Source: Polyangiaceae bacterium (GTDB taxonomy: Bacteria > Myxococcota_A > Polyangia > Polyangiales > Polyangiaceae). Taken from it: a stretch of 64,000 nucleotides of DNA. The notes below the pieces were generated by a model. That model was not told where the DNA came from, searched no databases, and saw only the letters and a list, made by a program, of their open reading frames with translations. The stretch is from NCBI GenBank assembly GCA_965222375.1, contig CBDCTZ010000015.1:960001-1024000 (forward strand), in the 5' to 3' direction. Both the position numbers and the translations under genes were made by a program. Positions 59,065 to 64,000 of the stretch are shown one piece after another (the first letter of the stretch is position 1; every line of letters begins with the position of its first letter).

Positions 59065-59808
59065 CTACAAACTCAACGCAAGTGCTGCCGCGATGGTGCG
59101 CTCGCCGACGAAGCTCGTATCGACTGTGAGGTCGAGCTGCTCGTGCATGTTCACGACGATCCCAGGTCCCACCGCGTAGTGGTGTCGATCGGAGCCGGTG
59201 CGGGATTCGCCATCGAGCTCCCAGCCAACCGGGCCGCCAAAAGCACGCGCCGCCAGGAAGGGACTCACCGTGTCGCCGAGAGTGGCGCCGAAGAGGACTC
59301 CCAGGCGTGCGTCCGACGCCGTCAGCGACACGGACTGGCCATCAGACACCTCTTCCGTCGTCGATGCGAAGCTCATGCCGTAGGACAGGGTTGCGGTGCC
59401 GAACAGGTCTTCACCTGGCCCACCGAGGAATCGATACGCACCCGAGAGCGATGCGAGAAACCCGGGCTCCACATCGAAGCGCCGGCCCTGGCCTTCGAGC
59501 TGGCCATCAAGGATTCCACCCAGCGTCAGTTGAACGGTGAAACGTTCGCCGAAGCGTCGGGACACGAAGGCCGCGACCACGCTCTGCTCGAGGTCGTAGT
59601 CGTCTTCGCCATCGAAGCGCAACTCCGCCTCGGACAAAGCGTAGCTCGCGCCCACGCGATACAACCGCTCTTGGCTCTGTCCTCCGTCACAACCCGTCGG
59701 ACCGACGGGGGGCGCCAGGCCTCACGCCTGCGCCCGAGATCCTGCAGTCAGGAGGATCGTCAGCGCGGAAAGCGCCACGGACCATCGCGCAACTCTGAGT
59801 AGCGTCAT
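59065..59808 (-). CDS. Candidate exported/outer-membrane selenoprotein (in-frame TGA at codon 29)
   Basis: MTLLRVARWSVALSALTILLTAGSRAQA-TGA-GLAPPVGPTGCDGG... continues in frame into the 59065-59664 beta-barrel-like ORF (247 aa total); SECIS-like hairpin 3' of the TGA. Confidence 0.7.
59693..59709 (-). promoter_or_regulatory. Putative bacterial SECIS element
   Basis: CCCGUC-GGUCC-GACGGG hairpin at +13 to +29 after the UGA (59724-59722); GGUC at +19 to +22. Confidence 0.65.
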
Positions 59809-59983
59809 CGACACAACGAACCAGAATCCGACTGCAGAGTCGAGCTTGGATTGCGCACGAACGTTCGTGCGCGTCAGCAGAGCATGGCGGATTCTCGGTG
59901 ACCCGGACAGGAATATCATGCCTGGCACGACTGGCACACCTGAGTGCGCGCCCTAAATCACGGGGATTCTTGATCTTTGTCAG

Positions 59984-59999
59984 TGGCACCCGAGTTGCT
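59984..59999 (+). promoter_or_regulatory. Putative sigma54 promoter of the radical SAM/precursor operon
   Basis: TGGCACCCGAGTTGCT, a consensus TGGCAC-N5-TTGCW. Confidence 0.6.
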
Positions 60000-60013
60000 A
60001 GAATGGGCGGCTC

Positions 60014-61306
60014 GTGACTACGAGTGGACCGGACCCCTTGAGCCCGAGTGAGCGCGTCGAGCTGCTTCGGGAGAAGCGCCCGCGGCATCTGCCAGTGGCG
60101 CCGGTGGCTCCGCCCCCCAAACGTCATCTGCCCTTGGCCCACGAAGTTCGGCCCATCGATGAGCAGTGGCGACCGATCTACGCAGTCTGGGAAATCACTC
60201 TCGCCTGCGACTTGACCTGCCGGCACTGCGGCTCTCGCGCCGGGCAGGCTCGCCCCGATGAGCTGACCACCGAGGAGTGCTTAGACCTGGTTCGGCAGAT
60301 GTCCGAAATGGACGTCAAAGAAGTCACCATCATCGGGGGTGAAGCCTATCTGCGGGACGACTGGGTCGACATCGTCCGGGAAATCCGCAAGCGGGGCATG
60401 CAAGCGACCATGACCACGGGCGGACGCGGGATCACCAAAGAGCGCGCCCTTCAGGCTGCGGAAGCCGGACTACAGAGCGTGAGTGTCTCCGTAGACGGCA
60501 CCGAAGAGAGCCACGACCGCTTGCGTGGGGTAAAGGGTTCGTATCGCGCTGCCCTCGAAGCGCTGAAGAACCTCCAAGAAGCTGGAGTGCGGGTCTCGGC
60601 CAATACGCAGATCAATCGGCTCAGCATTCCCGACATGCCGCATGTGCTCGAGACGATTGCTGTTCACAACACCCACAGCTGGCAAATCCAGATCACTGTC
60701 GCCATGGGGCGCGCTGCGGACGAGCCCGAGGTGCTACTCCAACCCTACGACTTGCTCGAGCTCTTCCCCTTGTTGGCTGATTTGAAGAAGCGTTGTGATG
60801 AGCTCGGCGTGCGCATGTGGCCGGGTAACAATATCGGCTACTTTGGTCCCTATGAAAGCGTCTTGCGCGGGACCATGCCCCGGGGGCACATGGCCAGTTG
60901 CGGTGCTGGGCGCTCCACTTTGGGCATCGAAGCGGACGGCTCGATCAAAGGCTGCCCGTCTTTGACGACCAACGAGTGGACCGGCGGGAACATCCGCGAT
61001 GCTTCTTTGAAGGACATCTGGGAGCGCTCGGACCAGCTTCGCTATACCCGGGATCGCACCGTCAAAGACCTCTGGGGCTATTGCGCCACCTGCTACTACG
61101 CCGACGTTTGCCGCGCGGGCTGCACCTGGACGGGGCACACGCTGTTCGGAAAAGCCGGCAACAATCCTTATTGCCATCACCGCGCTCTCGAAATGAAGAA
61201 GGCCGGCAAGCGCGAACGACTCGTTCAAACCATGGCGCCACCCGGCGACCCCTTCGACCATGGTGGTTTCGAACTGATTGAAGAAGAACACCCTGAAAAG
61301 GACTGA
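60014..61306 (+). CDS. Radical SAM/SPASM peptide maturase, PlpX-like (splicease) family
   Basis: WEITLACDLTCRHCGSRAG (CxxxCxxC), GGEAYLRDDW, SPASM CGAG...GIEADGSIKGCPSL, CATCYYADVCRAGC, GNNPYCHHRAL; start may be GTG 60014 or TTG 60038. Confidence 0.85.
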   Translation: MTTSGPDPLSPSERVELLREKRPRHLPVAPVAPPPKRHLPLAHEVRPIDEQWRPIYAVWEITLACDLTCRHCGSRAGQARPDELTTEECLDLVRQMSEMDVKEVTIIGGEAYLRDDWVDIVREIRKRGMQATMTTGGRGITKERALQAAEAGLQSVSVSVDGTEESHDRLRGVKGSYRAALEALKNLQEAGVRVSANTQINRLSIPDMPHVLETIAVHNTHSWQIQITVAMGRAADEPEVLLQPYDLLELFPLLADLKKRCDELGVRMWPGNNIGYFGPYESVLRGTMPRGHMASCGAGRSTLGIEADGSIKGCPSLTTNEWTGGNIRDASLKDIWERSDQLRYTRDRTVKDLWGYCATCYYADVCRAGCTWTGHTLFGKAGNNPYCHHRALEMKKAGKRERLVQTMAPPGDPFDHGGFELIEEEHPEKD

Positions 61307-61308
61307 CG

Positions 61309-61794
61309 ATGAATCTAACTCCTTGCTCCGAATGTCAGCGCCACGTTGACTCCAACGAATCCAACTGTCCCTTTTGTGGCGGACGGCCCAGCCACGCGGA
61401 CGCCGTGCCCCTGCCGGGCCGGCGCATGAGCCGTGCAGCTGTGGTGGCCTTCGGCGCCACCCTCGCCGCCGGCTTCGGTGCGACAGGGTGCAGCTCAGAC
61501 GACGACAGCAGTGGCACCGGTGGCTCCGGCACAGGCGCCACAACTGGCAGCGGGGGCACTTCGGGCAGCGGCGGGACCGCAGGCAGTAGCAGTGGCGGGA
61601 CCGCAGGCAGCAGCAGTGGCGGGACCGCAGGCAGCAGCAGTGGCGGGACCGCAGGCAGCAGCAGTGGCGGGACCGCAGGCAGCAGCAGTGGCGGGACCGC
61701 GGGCAGTGGCAGCGGCGGGACCGCAGGCACCGACGCAGGCACCGCAGGGTTCTCCGGCGGATTGTTGTATGGCGCTCCGCCACCCGAGAACTGA
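61309..61794 (+). CDS. Putative precursor 1 (Zn-ribbon leader, lipobox, Gly tether, LYGAPPP core)
   Basis: PCSECQRH...CPFCG; RRMSRAAVVAFG...GATGC; ends GLLYGAPPPEN; starts 2 nt after the rSAM stop. Confidence 0.85.
   Translation: MNLTPCSECQRHVDSNESNCPFCGGRPSHADAVPLPGRRMSRAAVVAFGATLAAGFGATGCSSDDDSSGTGGSGTGATTGSGGTSGSGGTAGSSSGGTAGSSSGGTAGSSSGGTAGSSSGGTAGSSSGGTAGSGSGGTAGTDAGTAGFSGGLLYGAPPPEN
61570..61728 (+). repeat. 24-bp coding tandem repeat (GGTAGSSS), about 6.5 copies
   Basis: GGCGGGACCGCAGGCAGCAGCAGT units, nearly identical. Confidence 0.85.
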
Positions 61795-61802
61795 GCAAGC
61801 AC

Positions 61803-61946
61803 ATGGACCTCACTCCCTGCGCAGAATGCAATCGACACACTCGAAGCGCCGGCGCAGCACGCAGTGCTGGCTCGGCGGGCAACGCCGGCGCGGGCGACTT
61901 CGGTGGGCGATACGCCGCACCGCCCTTCGACGCCGGGTCGGATTGA
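61803..61946 (+). CDS. Internally deleted 47 aa precursor paralog (not in ORF track; possible pseudogene)
   Basis: MDLTPCAECNRHTRSAGAARSAGSAGNAGAGDFGGRYAAPPFDAGSD*; keeps the first CxxC and a YAAPP core-like tail. Confidence 0.7.
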   Translation: MDLTPCAECNRHTRSAGAARSAGSAGNAGAGDFGGRYAAPPFDAGSD

Positions 61947-61958
61947 GGAGAACTAAAG

Positions 61959-62396
61959 ATGGACGAACTGATTCCCTGTTCTGAATGCAATCGACACGGA
62001 CGCGTCGCAGAAGGCGCTTGCCCCTTCTGCGGGGCCGCTCTCAGCAACGACGGGCAGGTTCCGATGCCGGGTCGGCGCATGAGCCGAGCGGCTATCGTGG
62101 CGTTCGGTGCCAGCGTCGCCGCCGGATTTGGCGCGACAGGCTGCGGCTCCGATGACGACAGTACGGGCAGCGGTGGCTCCGGCGCGACCTCGGGAAGTGG
62201 TGGATCCGGCGGGAGCGCCACAGGTGGTCAGGGCGGTACCGCGAGCGGTGGCGCCGCGGGCACCGCGGGCACAGGAGGCGCAGTGGGTCCTCTGTATGGA
62301 ACTCCACCACCCGACGGCGGTGCCGGGCAGACCGGCACGGGCGGCGGTGCCGGCAGCGCATCTCTTTACGGCCTGCCCCCACCCGATGGTGGCTGA
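61959..62396 (+). CDS. Putative precursor 2 (two YG cores)
   Basis: GAGGAG RBS; PCSECNRH...CPFCG; GATGC; PLYGTPPPDGG and SLYGLPPPDGG. Confidence 0.85.
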   Translation: MDELIPCSECNRHGRVAEGACPFCGAALSNDGQVPMPGRRMSRAAIVAFGASVAAGFGATGCGSDDDSTGSGGSGATSGSGGSGGSATGGQGGTASGGAAGTAGTGGAVGPLYGTPPPDGGAGQTGTGGGAGSASLYGLPPPDGG

Positions 62397-62442
62397 GCCG
62401 AAGAAAACCCTCGAGACGAAACCAAGCGATAGGACCTAGACA

Positions 62443-62964
62443 ATGAATGACTTGACCCCTTGTACCGAATGCAACCGTCACGGCCGGGCCAGCGACGGTG
62501 TGTGCCCGTTCTGCGGCGCCGAACTCGCATCCCTCGAACATGTCGCCGTGCCTGATCGGCGCATGAGCCGGGCGGCCCTCGTTGCCTTTGGCGCAACCCT
62601 CGTCACTGGCGTGGGCGCAGTGGGCTGTGGCTCGGACGACGACGGTGGTGGCGGCACCGGCGCAACCGCCGGCACCGGCGCAACCGCCGGCACTGGGGGC
62701 ACCGCGACGGGCGGACAGGGCGGAAGTGCGACGGGCGGACAGGGCGGAAGTGCAACCGGCGGCCAGGGCGGAAGTGCAACCGGCGGCCAAGGTGGCAGCG
62801 CAACCGGTGGCACCGCCGGACAAGCGGGCGGCGCCGGCCAGGGTGGCTTCGGCGGCATTGCACCTGCCTACGGTCTTCCCGCAGATGCGGGCCCTGGCGG
62901 CTCATCGTCTGGCGGCTTCGGCGGCATTGCACCCGCCTACGGCTTGCCCGCAGACGGTGGGTGA
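62443..62964 (+). CDS. Putative precursor 3 (duplicated core)
   Basis: PCTECNRH...CPFCG; GAVGC; GGQGGSAT repeats; GGFGGIAPAYGLPAD twice. Confidence 0.85.
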   Translation: MNDLTPCTECNRHGRASDGVCPFCGAELASLEHVAVPDRRMSRAALVAFGATLVTGVGAVGCGSDDDGGGGTGATAGTGATAGTGGTATGGQGGSATGGQGGSATGGQGGSATGGQGGSATGGTAGQAGGAGQGGFGGIAPAYGLPADAGPGGSSSGGFGGIAPAYGLPADGG

Positions 62965-62988
62965 AACGACTGACCCGGGAGGCCCCCA

Positions 62989-63468
62989 GTGAATCTGATC
63001 CCTTGCGCAGAATGTGAGCGTCACGTCCGAGACGACGAAGCGAGCTGTCCGTTTTGTGGTGGACAGTTGAGTGAAGGTGCCCAAGTCCCCATCCCCGAGA
63101 AACGCATGAGTCGGGCGGCGCTTGTGGCTTTCGGTGTCACTGCGGCCGCATCGATCGCGGCCACGGGTTGCGGCGGCAAGGGAACCGGGGGCTCCGGCGG
63201 CGCGGGGGGCTCCGGCAACATTGCCGGCTTCGCGCCTGCGTATGGTGTTCCCGGTGGCTTTGGCGGACAAGGCGCTGGCGGCACCGGAACCGGAGGCAAC
63301 GGCGGCGATGACGCGGGTGCCGATGGAAGCGCGGGCAGCGCTGGAGCCGCCGGAAGCGCGGGCAGTGGCGGCAGCGCGGGCAGCGGCGGCGCCGGGGGTG
63401 ACGCGGGCGGTGGTGGTACCGCAGGTGTTGCTCCGCCGTATGGCATTCCGCCAGACTCGGGAACATAA
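62989..63468 (+). CDS. Putative precursor 4 (two YG cores)
   Basis: GGAGG RBS, GTG start; PCAECERH...CPFCG; AATGC; FAPAYGVPG and VAPPYGIPPD. Confidence 0.85.
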   Translation: MNLIPCAECERHVRDDEASCPFCGGQLSEGAQVPIPEKRMSRAALVAFGVTAAASIAATGCGGKGTGGSGGAGGSGNIAGFAPAYGVPGGFGGQGAGGTGTGGNGGDDAGADGSAGSAGAAGSAGSGGSAGSGGAGGDAGGGGTAGVAPPYGIPPDSGT

Positions 63469-63702
63469 AACAGTGGTCCCATTGAGCCTGCTCTCGCCTT
63501 GCACGAGCTGCGACGGATGTGGCGGTGGTGCTCTGATCCCGCCTAGGCGCTCCACGGGCCACGGCTTTGGCGTGCTGGCTCCGGGTGCCGGTTCGAGCCT
63601 TTGCGGCCTTGGCGACCAAGCTTCGGGCGCAGACTCATCGAACGGGGCGGTGGCGGACTCGACCGAATCAGCCAGGCAAGCCCCAAGCCGCAGCCCTGGG
63701 AG

Positions 63703-64000
63703 CTAGAGACCCGATCAAATTCTAGCGGCGGCGTCGAAATACAAAGCAAGTTCGATCGCTTAGAAGCCAGGATCGACGCGCCGGGCGTGTAGTGATCAAA
63801 CGGGGTCAGGAGGACCCCATGGAGATCTGGAAGGCGCCGGTCGAGCTGTCGCGTGGTGAGAAGTTCATCGCAAAGCGATGTGCGAAACGCAGAGTATTCG
63901 TATTCCTGCGCGAGCTGCGACATAGGATTTTTGACGAAGAGATGCAGGCGAAGCTGACGGAGGCATATTCGCCCGTGGAGCGGGGGCGTGGTCGCGTCCC
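63703..64000 (+). mobile_element. Left end of a probable IS1182-family insertion sequence (truncated by window edge)
   Basis: AGGAGG then ATG 63819: MEIWKAPVELSRGEKFIAKRCAKRRVFVFLRELRHRIFDEEMQAKLTEAYSPVERGRGRV..., recognised as the N-terminus of myxobacterial IS1182-type transposases; left boundary near CTAG at 63703 is a guess. Confidence 0.6.

Noticed and set aside
61570..61728. Regular 24-bp repeats as a possible CRISPR array
   Set aside because: No spacers, in-frame coding repeats, no cas genes
60734..62221. Minus-strand 495 aa ORF with CCCLRSRH repeats resembling a Cys-rich peptide
   Set aside because: Antisense translation of the GGTAGSSS repeat and the rSAM gene
63543..63923. Minus-strand 126 aa ORF
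   Set aside because: Overlaps the plus-strand transposase start; no recognisable motifs or RBS
1..64000. tRNA/rRNA genes, including selC
   Set aside because: No cloverleaf or rRNA signature recognised by eye in the intergenic regions; tRNAscan-SE would be needed to exclude them

Overview
GC-rich window that looks like a myxobacterial (Myxococcota, Polyangiaceae-like) chromosome. It has a TIGR02266-type PilZ protein, a MYXO-CTERM protein, Ser/Thr kinases and many Gly-linker/Cys-rich lipoproteins mixed with housekeeping genes (dnaJ, proC, asd, thyX, nadA, tsaE, mlaE). Two systems at the right end stand out, arranged head-to-head. (1) A radical SAM/SPASM gene (60014-61306) resembling the PlpX-type splicease family, behind a sigma54-type promoter, is followed by a tandem array of four intact and one internally deleted precursor-like genes. 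Each intact gene has a CxxC...CPFC zinc-ribbon leader fused to a lipoprotein signal, a Gly/Ser/Thr tether and C-terminal x-Y-G-x-P cores (7 YG sites in total). This suggests lipid-anchored, backbone-spliced (ketoamide) peptides. (2) A divergent gene split in the ORF track (59065-59808, minus strand) has an in-frame TGA right after the signal peptide, followed by a hairpin with GGUC at the same offset as the E. coli fdhF SECIS, making it a candidate novel exported selenoprotein. Other points: a circularly permuted esterase, a PQVCLS-repeat lipoprotein, an orphan SdhC-like cytochrome b, two probable single-base frameshifts and a truncated IS1182-like element at the right edge. All family assignments come from motif recognition by eye; no database searches were run.
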